Assembly (NCBI GenBank): GCA_012295275.1
Contig: CM022673.1
Span: forward strand, 20,336,001-20,400,000
Origin: Chrysomallon squamiferum
Taxonomy: Eukaryota; Animalia; Mollusca
Direction of reading: 5' to 3'
DNA: 64,000 nucleotides
Positions 28,127-41,449 of this stretch are shown here, in pieces. Numbering within the stretch: position 1 is the stretch's first letter; every line of letters starts with the position of its first letter. The notes beneath the pieces are model-generated. The model did not search any database. It saw only the letters and a program-made list of their open reading frames with translations, and was not told where the DNA came from. A program made the translations under genes and the position numbers.

Positions 28127-30875
28127 AAGAAAAAAGAAAAGAAGAAGAAGAAAAGATTCAAATCAAGGAGATACTTGGTCACGGTTTGTACACTCCTTTG
28201 ATACTCGTGGATTTATTGTCAAGATAACGAAGTAGATACACTATACCCGAATAAAGTTTTCTTCTAAACTCAAAAATAAAAATGTTGATATTTCAGTCCA
28301 CTGAAAGAAATACCAAGTTGGTTTATGTGAAGTCAGAGTTGAGGAATTATTTTATGCTGTCTGTCAATATACTTTCAAAGTAAAAATTCACAGATCCCAG
28401 AACATTGACGAGAGAACGAATGTTACGTCAGTCTCCAGCAAAATAATGAAAGAACTCTTTCTAGCCAGACTTTGACCGCGCTCCGTTCTGAGACGTTGAC
28501 GACTTTCCGTTAAATTAAGAAAAACGGGAGCAGACTTTCCGTTAATCAAAAAAATTACATATGAGACGAGACAAACCGAAACGGAAAATTGATTCAGTGA
28601 TGTTAACAACATTGTCTTTATGTAATATGTCGAGAATTAACTGACAACTTGTTTACTATAAAGCTGGACCATGCCACACATTGAACTGTCAAAAGTTACT
28701 GAATGGGGAAAAAAGACAAAAAACACACACACGCACACACATTTAGTGTAGAAAAAATCATCTTTTAATTACTTAAAGAAATTAGTTGTAAAGAATTTAA
28801 CATTATGTAAAGGTATTAATGGTTGAATATTGTTTTATTTACAGATATTTATAAAGACGTCAGCTGCCAGCCACAACAGAATTGTTAAAGTGTTGGTTTA
28901 GTGGTGGGCTGTTGCAGATTACTAATGACTGAGAGTGAAGCTGATGCCCAATAAATTTACTGGACATCACTTTTATATGCATTCATTTTATTGCCGTCTT
29001 TGTCTTCTGATGTTCTCCTTCATGTTAAATTTACAGCGAATGACTGAACTGTACAATACAGTGGAGTTAAATACATACATCCGCAGCACGAATATTCTAC
29101 AATTCGAAAACAAACAAAAATAGCATGGGTGCATTTTGGTAAGTTTTCATTGATAAACTATCAAAAACTTTGTGTAACTAATTTAATATTGGTATTGACA
29201 AACCTGAGCACATAACTGACTAAAAGTATTCTGATATTATCTATATATTTCCAATTTATATTACAATGTAATGTTAGTACTGAAAAAAGAAGGGAAAAAA
29301 AAAGAATATATCTTACTGAAACGATTCTGAAGTTATCTATACATTTGTAGTATTTATAATTTAGTGTTAGAAAACTAAAAATATGTCTTACTAAAATTAT
29401 TCTTATAATATCTATATATTGCCATTGTTTATATTACAATTTACGTTTTACTGAAACTGTTCTGTACATTTTCATTGTTTATTTAACTTAATTTAGTATT
29501 AGTATTGAAAAATATGTAAATATAAATTATTGAAACTATTTTTATATTGTTTATTTTACTTAATTTAGTAAAATTATTCTTATTATATGTACATTTACAT
29601 TGTTTATATAGCATTGTTTGACATTAAGGTTGTCAAAACTAATAATATAACTTAGTAACTATTCTGATATATTTAGTACACTTCACAAAATTAAGAATAT
29701 AACTTAGTAAAACTGTTTTGCTAATTATTAGACATAATTCAATAGTCCAATTCAGAAAGCATACTATAAAGGCTTTGTGATAATGACTACATTTTTGCAG
29801 GTCAGCCGTTCCAGATATCTTCATGCGCATTATGCAAGCTTATAATAAAACGGGAGATAATTCTTCGTCAGGGAGTATGAAAAACTTGTTTATATCTTTA
29901 TATGCAATATATATCAATATAATGTTTACTATTTTTACCATTTGTAAACTGACACTTTTTTATTTACATTGATAATAAATAAACAATTTGAAGAGTTAGG
30001 ATACTGAGTGACAGCTGAAAACAGAAAACGATACACACTAATTATTGTTTCCTCATTGTTCTACTGGCCATGACTTGATTTAATGTTGTAAAATAATGCT
30101 GAGGTCACGAGTCATAACATCTATGTGTAATTAGTTAACAGTAATAAACACATTTGTTAAAAAATATGTATTGCTGCATTCACTAATACTGTTCAGACAG
30201 ATTATATTATACTGTATGTTGCCATGTCTGTAAGTAGAGATAAAACATTTGTTCAGTGTTTAAAACACTGCTACTACATCCAATAATTAGATCTAATTCT
30301 CAGTATTTTTACATAAAAACATTTAAAAAATTATGCATTGGAATTGTGAGTTATAAAAATATATTTGCTCTGTTTCATATGCCAGGTCAAATAACTCATT
30401 CTGGTTCTACTGAAATAACAGATTGCACTATACCCGGTAAGTTAAAAACTGATAGTTTTCTCGTCTCTACAGGTTTTACATAATACATAGTAGACATTCG
30501 TACTTTTCTGTCAGACATTGTGAACGACATAGCAACGTGCACATAAATACATAGACACAATACATATAAACATACATACCTGTACCTACATTTAGAACAT
30601 ACACAGAACACATACATACACACACATTTCAAACATGCAGACATTCATTACCCGGATACACACAAATATATTAAGAGACACAGTGTTGTATGTTAAAGTG
30701 TATGTTTGTCATAGCTCTAAATATAGATGAACACTTTTTTATTATTTGTATTTCAAATACAGCTACTACATACAACAATTATATCTAATTCTCAGAAATA
30801 TGTAGGTAAAAACATTTTCAGAAATTATGCATTGAAGTTGTCAATTACAAAAATGTATGCACATTTTCACTGCAG

Positions 30876-30938
30876 GACAACAGCCAGCAGACACATCTCA
30901 TTCTGGTTCTGTTCATGTAGGAGATACCTATGGATCCG
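30876..30938 (+). CDS. Putative 63-nt phase 1-1 micro-exon (QQPADTSHSGSVHVGDTYGS)
   Basis: Acceptor ttttcactgcag and donor GTAAGT. The frame is open and the length is a multiple of 3. Confidence 0.4.
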
Positions 30939-31198
30939 GTAAGTTACATCTGAAAGTTTTACAGAGTAGTCATTAGTACTTTTCTGTCTCACACTGTGAT
31001 CTGAACAATATACAAACCTGCAGATAAATACAAACACACAGTACATATAAACATACATACCTGTACCTAAACTTAGCGTATACCCAGAACACATACATAC
31101 ACACGCATATACATGCAGATATTTATTAAACAGAATACATAAATACATTCAGACAGAAACTCAGTGTATATATGTTAAACTGTATGCCGTCATATCTC

Positions 31199-31240
<42 letters not shown>

Positions 31241-31345
31241 CTGTGCATCCAGTAATTATATTTAATTCTAAGAATTTGGCAGGTAAAACATGTTTTAAAG
31301 TATGGCTTGAAGTTGTGAATGATAAGTGCCTTTTCTCTGTTTCAG

Positions 31346-31360
31346 ATGTTAAAAGGCATG
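31346..31360 (+). CDS. Putative 15-nt micro-exon
   Basis: ttttctctgtttcag|ATGTTAAAAGGCATG|gtgagt: strong acceptor and donor at the homologous position of the duplicated unit. Confidence 0.35.
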
Positions 31361-31781
31361 GTGAGTGACAGATTAAAAACAGCCTGTAGAAGAAATACTT
31401 TGCAGAAGTTTTAGTGACATTAACAGACTGAAGTGCAACGTTTCATATTATATTCCAACTTTGTGTACAATATTATTATTACCGAATACTGATGAAAGAA
31501 AAAAGGTTTTTTTTTTTTAGTGATTTGCTTGTAATTTACCCTTGTTTGTTTTTGAATTGCAGAAAACAGAAAATAAAAACAGACAAAAGTATTGTGCAGT
31601 ATGCTAACCTCTGCTGGTTATGTCAGTTTATGTACTTTTTTTTTTTTTTTTTTGGATACACTGATATAAACATTTTTTTAAATATATGTTTTGTAATACT
31701 TTTATATACAATTAATTGTTTTAATACATTTACTTAATCGTCATGCACTGAATAAGAAAAGAAAGAATTATATCTTTAATA

Positions 31782-31826
<45 letters not shown>

Positions 31827-32753
31827 TTTATCTATTTGGTCATTAGAATATACTGAATGAATTTATATAGCTAATACATGTACATATTTCTAATTGCGTT
31901 TACTATTTTTTTTTAATTTAATTTGCTTGGTAGAATGTTTTCAATAGTTTATTTTTTAATGTATCAAATAACTTTAGATCATTTTTCAAATTACTGTTTT
32001 ATAATTAACCTATCTTTAATTAATGGATGAAAATAGACAAATCGGGTTTGTGTCTCATTTGTTACATACATGTCAGACAGATAAAGTGTTCCAGCAAGTT
32101 TTTCGCTACGAATGTCACAAGACGATTTGCTTCCACTTTGAGAAACTGAAAATCAGATTAACACAATACTTGGTCTGGGTGGTGGGGCAAGTCACAGCGG
32201 TATTGTCTAAAGTTGTTTTTGTTGGGATTAGCGACAAGGGAAGTAAATTAACGTTAAAGTACAACTAATAATCAAACCATTTTAAATTGTTTTAGTTTAA
32301 ACTTTGTTGAAATGTACTCACAAAACAGAGGCATAGATTTCTTATTTTAATTCCATTATAGACAGTAATAAATTATTCTGGCGTATTTTTATGTTTGAAA
32401 TACTGTTTTTAACACATGTCTATTGATCTCTAGAAATACAGCAAGTCCAGAAAACTGAATACAAATAAGAGAATGTCGCCAGAAGTGTTTGGGGTTGACA
32501 TTACATTGGCGAGGTCGGTTGTTATCAAGACAGTTGACTGTAATATTTTTAATTTGTATAAAAACACTAGCAACACTTTTGTCTGCAAGAAAAAGGAAGA
32601 AAAGAAAACAAGAACAAAAATAGAAAACAAAACGCACAAAGTCTGGACTCTTTCATAATTGAATATAATCGCTTATGTTTGTGTAAAACTATAATGTCTT
32701 TTAATTGTGAGAAAAAGAAAACAACAACAACAACAAAAATGTAATGTTTAGTC

Positions 32754-32817
<64 letters not shown>

Positions 32818-32934
32818 GGTTTAAGATTTGTAAACGATTTTGCAGTGCTGTTTTTACCCTCCTCATGTTAGGTATGTTTATTAATATGAATAATGAAATA
32901 AATGAAAATAATAAATAAGTAAATAAATATGAAA

Positions 32935-33545
32935 ACATTTACACATACTACACACACACACACACACCACACGCTCTACATGCTAAACACATTACAAACA
33001 CTATATACACTAGCACAAACTACACAGATATTAGACACACACCACACGTACAACACACATACTGCACACACTACGCACACTACACACACACTATACACTA
33101 GTCTCAGACTACATGAACTATACAACACACTATTAACATACACACTACTTACATACACGCTGCTCGCAAACAGTATACACACTAATACAAACTACACACA
33201 AACACTACACAGAAATCACACAAACTACACACATAGTACACACCTAAAACACACACTATAAACATTACACACACACTAAATACAGGATACACACTAAATA
33301 CAGGATACACTCTCTAAATACACACTACACACTCTACAACACACTACACACAACACAAAGTACATGCACTATATGCACACACTACTCGCAAACAATACAT
33401 ACATACACACATTACACACACTATATACACACTATACACACTACACACAAACTACACACATACTCTACACACATCACACGCTACACACACATACTGTAAC
33501 ACACTACGCACACTAAACACACACTACACACACACTTACACACTA
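32935..33545. repeat. Degenerate CA-rich (ACACT-like) simple repeat tract
   Basis: About 600 bp of acacacta/ctacacac variants, directly visible. Confidence 0.85.
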
Positions 33546-33549
33546 CAGC

Positions 33550-33825
33550 CTAGGCATTTTTTCTTGCAATCTAGGTATTTTGATTTTCTTGCAATGTAGG
33601 AAGTTTGAATTTCTTGCAATCTACGTAATTTAATTTTCTTGCTATCTACGAATTTTGATTTTCTTGCTATAATAGTAAGTTTGATTTTCTTGCAATGTAG
33701 TTATTTTGATTTTCTTGTATATAGGAAGGTTTTGGGGTTTTTTTATTATTTGTTTTGCCTTCTAGGAAGTTTGATTTTCTTGCTATCTAGTTATTTTTGT
33801 TCTTCATATCTAGGTATTTTGAATT
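33550..33825. repeat. Degenerate ~24-25-bp minisatellite (tctaggtattttgattttcttgcaa)
   Basis: Roughly ten diverged tandem copies. Confidence 0.8.
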
Positions 33826-34539
33826 TCTGGTCAAAATGTGTACAGTATCTGTTTGTGACAAAATTCCTCTTTATTAACTGAAATTCTCTGTAAGAAAAGA
33901 TAATTGTTTTCGAAATTAAAATTATTAATCTGATATGGAAAGGATTCCTGGATTCCATCTTGTCCTTTCTAATTATCACTCTTTAAGTCTTTGACAGTGT
34001 GATGTATTTTCTGAAAAAGCTCATGACTTTTTATTATATTTTATTTATTTATTTAATTCCATTTTCGAAACAGAAACTGCCCCTGATCTTAATAATAAAT
34101 AAACAAAATTCGTAAGTACTTTGCTTAATTAATGGTTACTATTTTCTGTACTTTGAAATAACAGTTTGGTTAACTGAGTTTAACTCTTTCATAAGAAAAC
34201 AAAAATGTCATTTCATTCCTTGAGAATGTTAATTTAGGAAGTTATTCAGTATGAAATGATAAATTTGAAAACATAAAAGTTTTGTGGTCAGTAACGAAAA
34301 CTGGTTTAACATAAAACAACTAAAGTCTAAACTGAATCGCAAATTCTAAACAAATATCTTCATCACACTGACTGGATATGACAAAAAGGCTATAAGCGTC
34401 AATCAGGATTTCTTCTGATGTGTGTTTATGTATGCGTGTGTATATGTGTGTGCGTGTGATTGTGTGTGTGTGACCTTAATTTATGCGACATGCAAGATTT
34501 TACATAATTTTAATTTAGTGAAACATTTTAGAGCAAATG

Positions 34540-34595
<56 letters not shown>

Positions 34596-34728
34596 AGAGG
34601 CTTTAACAAAATAAAATAAAATAAAAATGTTTGTTTGATAAAGTATTTATCTAGTGAAATAGTCAGGAAATATATACTAAACTTAGCGTGGTCTGTGAAA
34701 ACAAATCCAACAACAACTGCTTCTCTTG

Positions 34729-34798
<70 letters not shown>

Positions 34799-35182
34799 TA
34801 ACAATAACAATAACAACAATAAAGATAATAATTATTATAACAATATAGGTAAGATCGTACCCACTCAAATTGTCGAATTTACAAAGATAATTTTTATTTT
34901 ATTTTATCTATTTGTATTCTGTTTATTTAATTTATTTATTTTACATCCATTTTTATTGTCTTTTATTATTTCGATTTACTTCTGTACGTGTATATGTATG
35001 TATGTATGTATGTATCTATCTATCTATCTGTCTATCTATATGTTTATGTATGTATGAAATTATATATGTATATGTACGTGTGTGGATATATGTCTGTCTC
35101 TGTGAGTATGTTTGTACGTGTGTGTGTGTGCGCGTGTGTGTACTTTTTCTGTCACGTATAACAATCTGTGGAAAGTAATTAG

Positions 35183-35836
35183 GAAACAGAAAATGAACAG
35201 GATGATAATAAGAAGGAACTGGATGAAACAGAAAATGAACAGGAGATAATAAGAAGGAACTGGATGAAACAGAATGAACAGGACGATAATAAGAAGGAAC
35301 TGGATGAAACAGAAAATGAACAGGATGATAATAAGAAGGAACTGGATGAAACAGAAAATGAACAGAATGATAATAAGAAGGAATTGGATGAAACAGAAAA
35401 TGAACAGGATGATAATAAGAAGGAACTGGATGAAACAGAAAATGAACAGGATGATAATAAGAAGGAACTGGATGAAACAGAAAATGAACAGGATGATAAT
35501 AAGAAGGAATTGGATGAAACAGAAAATGAACAGGATGATAATAAGAAGGAACTGGATGAAACAGAAAATGAACAGGATGATAATAAGAAGGAATTGGATG
35601 AAACAGAGAATGAACAGGATGATAGTGAGGAGGAGGAGCTTTATGAAATGGAGGAGGAACTGGAGGAGATGGTAACAAAGATTATAAGTAGACGAGAGTA
35701 TCGTCAAAACATTCGTGAAATACATGAAGTTGTCTTATTGATAAGTAAAGTGTCTGGTGAAAAAATTACTGCAAAGGAGATGCTGAACAAATTAAAAGGT
35801 TTATATTCTTGTCATATCCATACAATTTATACATAG
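35183..35836 (+). CDS. Acidic repeat coding segment: ~10.5 x 42-bp units encoding DETENEQDDNKKEL, then an E-rich unique tail
   Basis: The 42-bp tandem unit stays open in the D/E/N-rich frame and grades in frame into SEEEELYEMEEELEEMVTKIISRREYRQNIREIHEVVLL. The same unit reappears in frame at 43186-43212. Confidence 0.55.
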   Translation, partial: ETENEQDDNKKELDETENEQEIIRRNWMKQNEQDDNKKELDETENEQDDNKKELDETENEQNDNKKELDETENEQDDNKKELDETENEQDDNKKELDETENEQDDNKKELDETENEQDDNKKELDETENEQDDNKKELDETENEQDDSEEEELYEMEEELEEMVTKIISRREYRQNIREIHEVVLLISKVSGEKITAKEMLNKLKGLYSCHIHTIYT

Positions 35837-35981
35837 TTTTATACCGAATGAGATTGTGCTAGTATTTGTTATGATATATGATGACTGAATGAAATGAAAT
35901 CTCCATGACATTTCTTGTCAAAGAATGAAGGGATACCTGTTGTAGAAAAGAATATTATCACACACACACATACACACACAA

Positions 35982-36022
<41 letters not shown>

Positions 36023-36172
36023 CACACACACATATGTATTATCACTTATTATCATTAATTTTTATTCATTTCTTCTTCTTCGTCTTCTTCTTATGTATTA
36101 TTAATCTTATTAGTCATTTTTATTTATTATTATTGAATGAAAGTTCAAAATATAAATAAATTATTATTGTTA

Positions 36173-36227
<55 letters not shown>

Positions 36228-36277
36228 CATCATTATTAAAGTATAAAGAAAAAGCTTGAAGACTGTTTCTTGCTTAG

Positions 36278-36530
36278 ACCTGATGATGAAGCTGTGCTGA
36301 ACACTTACACTCACCTCGTTGATGTGGCTCTACTGTATGGAAATGATGAACATGTTGGACCTGACCTCAGCCAGTCAGTTGGTGCAGCTAAACCAAATGT
36401 AAAGATAATTCCTCTCTCAGCTGATGGAACTGAAAAGAATGTTGCTACACAGAAAGATGAACCAGCTGTTCATGTTTTCCATCAGCACAACAGAGAAAGT
36501 TCTCAGTCAGATGAGGAATCTGATGCTTAA
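36278..36530 (+). CDS. Probable downstream exon of the acidic-repeat gene (PDDEAVLNTYTHLVDVALL...SQSDEESDA*)
   Basis: Acceptor tttcttgcttag, then an 84-codon complex, acidic open frame amid AT-rich DNA. Splice phase to the upstream exon could not be reconciled. Confidence 0.4.
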
Positions 36531-36711
36531 TGGCAAATGAAAACCTCAGAAATAATTAAAGACTGTGATGAATTCAGTGACAATGAAGAAATAAAACATC
36601 TTGGCAAAACAATAGACAGGAACAAAAAGTTTAATGTGATACCTAAATTTTGTGTTTTTTGTTTGTTTATTTTAATTATTTATTTACTAGAGTAATAGTT
36701 GCTCAACGTAG

Positions 36712-37050
36712 GCAGTACATTTATAAATATTTCTTATTTACTTTTCTGACAGGAACATGCAGTACATTTATAAATATTTCTTATTTACTTTTCTGACAGG
36801 AACATGCAGTACATGTATAAATATTTCTTATTTACTTTTCTGACAGGAACATGCAGTACATTTATAAATATTTCTTATTTACTTTTCTGACAGGAACATG
36901 CAGTACATGTATAAATATTTCTTCTTTACTTTTCTGACAGGAACATGCAGTACATGTATAAATATTTCTTCTTTACTTTTCTGACAGGAACTTGCAGTAT
37001 ATTTATAAATATTTCTACTTTACTTTTCTGACAGGAACATGCAGTACATT
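36712..37050 (+). repeat. 47-bp tandem repeat, ~7 near-identical copies
   Basis: Unit gcagtacat(t/g)tataaatatttctt(a/c)tttacttttctgacaggaacat. Confidence 0.95.
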
Positions 37051-37217
37051 GTTTTCTCTTCATGAACAACATCAAACCACTTCTTACTCTAGCCAGTAAC
37101 TAAAACATTGTTATATACTACTCTATCTGTGGGAAGGTAAATATTAACATCCCTTATTGCTAATGATAGAGATGAAGCCTCCACAGCTAATTCTAGTATC
37201 TGACTCAGAATAATAAA

Positions 37218-37249
<32 letters not shown>

Positions 37250-38024
37250 TAATAATAACAATAATAATTTTGCAAAATGAACATCAGTAAATAATAGTTC
37301 TTTAAAAATTCATTTTATCTGAAAATAAACTTGTGTCATTAAGCACAAATAAACAAAAGGTTTGAATATCTTTTATCTATTTATTTACCTTGCTTTATTT
37401 GTTTATAAATGTTTCAGTTTAATTTAATCAAATTCACACCAAAGACTGAGTCATCCCACTATCTTAACTGATACATTAAATTGAAAAATCTCTTTAATTA
37501 TCATACTTTTTAAAATAATTGTATGAGGGTTTATTTATTTATTTAAAAAAAAAACAAAAAAACAACAACACAAAAACACAAAAAATAATAATAATAAAAT
37601 GAAAACACAGTAAAAATAAATAAATAAATACAAAAGAAATAATTAATTCAAGCATAATTTCCAAAAAATATTTTTACTGTTCCCTTTTTATATATTCCAC
37701 CAACATTATTCGTTTACCAACACAAATTAAAAAAACACAAAAACCCACAGCAGTTGTCTATGATAACAAAAATGGCTGTTCCACCAACAGTATTTGTAAA
37801 TGGCTACTGTAATCAAATAAAGAATAGTGATTTTTGATTCTTCAAAGTAATATTTTTTCTTACAAATTTGTTTTTTCATTAACCTTTTGAATTAATTTGT
37901 ATCAGTATAATAATTTAAAAAACAATGCTATATACCTCACTGGATATGTCATGATATTGGAATATTTGTCTTCAATCACGTGTGAACAGTAAATGTCAAA
38001 GCATGCATTTTCATATTTGCTGCC

Positions 38025-39473
38025 TTAAGCTTTTATTTCTAACCCTCCAGCATCATAGTCTTCAGCCAACTGGTAAACATACATTGCTGGCTCATTTTCA
38101 CATGTGATGTTATACCAGTGTGAATATCCAGGTAGAGTAGATATCACCTGACCATTGCATGGCACCCAGATACCTTCATTCATTTGGAGTTCTTTCTTTT
38201 CTGTATCTCTTTGATTTACTTGTAACAATACTCTACGCTTTCTTCTACATCCTTCAGTCTCATATTGTAAATTTGGCATGCATTTCTTCCTTATTTCTGT
38301 GACCTGACCAAGCAAATATCCCTTTTCTCAGGGGTATGAGAGTTTGGCCATTCTCCAGTTTGATCAAGTGAAAACATTATGTAACCTTCATTACACAATG
38401 TTGATGCAACAGGTCTGAAATGTGTTAATGCATCCGAAAGTGCAAATACTCTCTCTGTGAACCTGTTATGTCTGGGCACTGTTATAGTTTCCATGGTTAA
38501 TGCTGTGTCACTGTCAACATCTGCAAAACAACCACCTGGCAGGTGATCTCTTGCTGCTTTAATAAGCAATGTGTACCAGGAGTCATACTCTGGAAAAGGT
38601 GCATACTCTCCACACAGTAGGTCTGAGAAATCTCTTCTGGCAATTTCAAGAAATTTGTGTAGGTGCTGATATATTTCATTGGAATTGACTAGCAAACAAT
38701 TTTCCTCAAGAAGTCTCTTTTCATCAATGTCATCTTCACATTCATATACAGTGTTCACTGTTTTGTCCAACTTCATTTTCAGAGCATTTTTCTCCTTTTC
38801 TGATGTAATGGCCTGTTTTTCAAAAAATCTTTTTTTAATGAATTTGCATTTTCTTGTAGATCTCCAATTTTTGTTAACTATTTCATGGCATTTTTTGGAT
38901 TTTAATTGTAATAGTCTGTATTTTGAACACAGTTATTATATTGCATTCTTTTAATTTGTAATGTGGACATTAATCGTTTGTTCTTTTGAATAACATATAT
39001 TTTTTGTTTATCCCCAATTTTTCATTTCTCTTTCTTAAAACTTCATTTGACATTTTAATATTTATTTTTTGCTTTTTAAGTTCCTGCACTGTTTTGGAAA
39101 GAGTTTCTACCTCTGCATTTATGGTATGTTTTTTTAATTATTGTATTTGAAGTTGTTGGCCTAATTTCTGCTGATGATAATGTGAATTCAAATGGTGTAT
39201 TCAGCATATCTTTCTTTTTCTGACCTCTAAGTCTTGTACATTTTTTTTCACTTCATATGTTTTTGTTCTTAAAATATTACTTGGACATTTCATAGCTAAA
39301 GCTAGTCTGTCACTGATGGATGTAAAACAAAGACTTTTGTCAAATTCTATCAACAGCAATGGTGAACTGAAATACATGTCACTTCACTACTGGTTATAGA
39401 TATCTGTAAATAATACATGAATGAATATAAGGTTTAAATGTTTGTAAACACTCACCGGGTTCGACGCAGCCAT
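38025..39473 (-). mobile_element. Internally deleted, decayed DDE-like transposase gene (unclassified) with a C-terminal Spindlin/Tudor-like module
   Basis: First mini-exon ATG GCT GCG TCG AAC CCG|GTGAGT (39473-39456) and a 52-nt intron. A K-rich N-terminal region follows, then DHLPGG...VPRHNRFTERVFAL..LTHFRPVASTLCNEGYIMFSLDQTGEW, which carries an ERxF motif like the catalytic-Glu helix of hAT-related transposases. C-terminus: WVPCNGQVISTLPGYSHWYNITCENEPAMYVYQLAEDYDAGGLEI. TIRs not identified. Confidence 0.55.
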
Positions 39474-41048
39474 CTTCGATTTCGATCGTAAGTTTCCGTG
39501 AGCGCTCGGAAACTGTCTCATCGGGGTTTTAAACTTCCAAATTCAATTATTTTTCGGAACTTTTTATGATTTACAGTGATAAAGGTAAGTATGGTTGTTC
39601 ATATTACTAAACCATGATGTCCTACGCCTTTCTAACTACTTTTTCAACTTAATCAAACATTTCAAACTGGATTATTTTGGTGCAAATGCATGCATAATAA
39701 ACTGAAAATATAATTCGGAATAAGATTAATGTATCAACTTTTATAGTTGTCAATGTTCTTCCTGTGAGAACCGACAGAAAAGAACATTTAGGTGTTGTTT
39801 ATACCCATTAAATCCGCGAAATTTGTGGAGCCATTTTTTCCGATGACGTGATTTGTGCCGTTACGAGTTATCGTTCCTGTTGGTCATCTTATTAAGATGG
39901 TTGTTAGCACGTGATAACGATTTTTAAATTGTATTTGAGTTAAAACAAGAAAATACAAACATATTAAGAACATTAATAATAAACTGAAATGACTCTCTCA
40001 TGCACAAAATATAACTGCTTTAATTTTAGCAACTTCTTATTTGAATGATAATGCTATTACCACAATTCTGAATAATCTTTTCCAAATATCGAAAAAAGGT
40101 AAATACGAAGAGACCGGTAATCATCCCGCATTTTTCGCAAAAATAACAACGCAAGTATAATACTTTAAACAAACATAAAAAAAAAAAAAAAAAAAAAACA
40201 ACAGGAAACAAAATTACCTTTTTTAGAACATACATACCAATTAGAAAAAGTAGCTGTTGTATCGAACATTTCTTTTCATCTTATTATAATATAAGCCAAT
40301 CATTGACCGTAAATGTGAAATAACAAGTGTTTTTGTTTTCTATTCTTCTTTCCTCCCTAACTCTTTTATTTATTTATTATTATTATTTTCATTATAGTTA
40401 TTATTTATTTATTTATTTTCTTTATTTTGGTATTTCTTTGTTATTTTTTAATGCGCTTTTCTGATATCTTCATGTAATCATAAAATTATTTTTATTCCAT
40501 TTATTTTATTTATTCATTCTTTTGTTTTATTTATTATAAGTTCATTTATTTATTTATTTATTTATTGAAATCCTATTATTTATTTGTTGTTATTATTTAT
40601 TAATTTTGATAGACGCTTATGTCCGACATGTATTATTAAAATGTAGACAGAATACTAATAATATAAACTGAAATTTAATACTACCCATTTCTTGTTCTAT
40701 ACTTCATTAAAGGGGTTTACTAAACGGTGGATAACGCCGAAGGTTTTCTTTAATTATTTCTACTTTATCGATATACTAGATTTAGTCTGTGTAAAATAAA
40801 GACATTAAATTGTATTCCAAATGCTAACAAAAAGTAATGCAAAACTGTTTACCTAAATGTAAGCTGGGAGAACAATCAAAATATTAACACTTCAAACATA
40901 AACGTACATTTCTCATGATAGTTACCTGGTATTCATTTAAGAACCATCAATTCAAAGAAAAACATATTATAGTGTCTTCAAGAGGCTGGGAAAACGCTAT
41001 TGCAGTAATAAATCATAGTTGAAACAGTTTCTGGGAATATGTATTTAA

Positions 41049-41096
<48 letters not shown>

Positions 41097-41449
41097 TAAT
41101 AAATAAATAAATAAAAATAGCAATTATGAATCAAACGAAACCAAAATAGCTTTTTAATTGTGATTATTTAAACATGAAATATTTTCAAGTTGGAAAAATC
41201 TGTGGATAGCGATTTCTGAATGTATACAATTTGTGATTTTAAAACAAGCAAAATGAGATTAATAAAGTAATAATCTTTTTAATTCTTCACTTTACTAGTC
41301 ATATATATTTCATTTATTTGCTCGAACTTGATGTAATATGATCCCTTTCTTTCGTTTTTCTGGTCAGAATAAGCTCATAAATTTCCTAAAAATAACAACA
41401 GCTTCGTCAAAATTAACGAACTGTCCTGAAGTATACGTTGAAGCATGTG

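Larger units (their letters stand above)
30230..31366 (+). repeat. ~490-bp tandem duplication (about 2.3 units), each unit carrying a small exon-like segment
   Basis: Related cat(c/a)ca..aatta.at.taattct blocks occur at ~30272, 30763 and 31246. ctcattctggttct and ccg|gtaagtta are repeated at ~30395/30437 and ~30897/30938. Confidence 0.75.

Noticed and set aside
27640-29130. Complex, slightly GC-richer patches that could be exons
   Set aside because: Stops in the frames examined and no recognisable motif.
35016-35725. Minus-strand 220/221-aa ORFs (HPVHFLFHPVPSYY and FIQFLLIIILFIFC repeats) and the plus-strand MNRMIIRRNW frame
   Set aside because: Alternative frames of the stop-free 42-bp repeat. 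Only the acidic plus frame continues into unique coding-like sequence and matches 43186-43212.
35183-37050. Regular 42-bp and 47-bp repeats as a possible CRISPR array
   Set aside because: Head-to-tail tandem units with no unique spacers and no cas genes, in a eukaryotic context.
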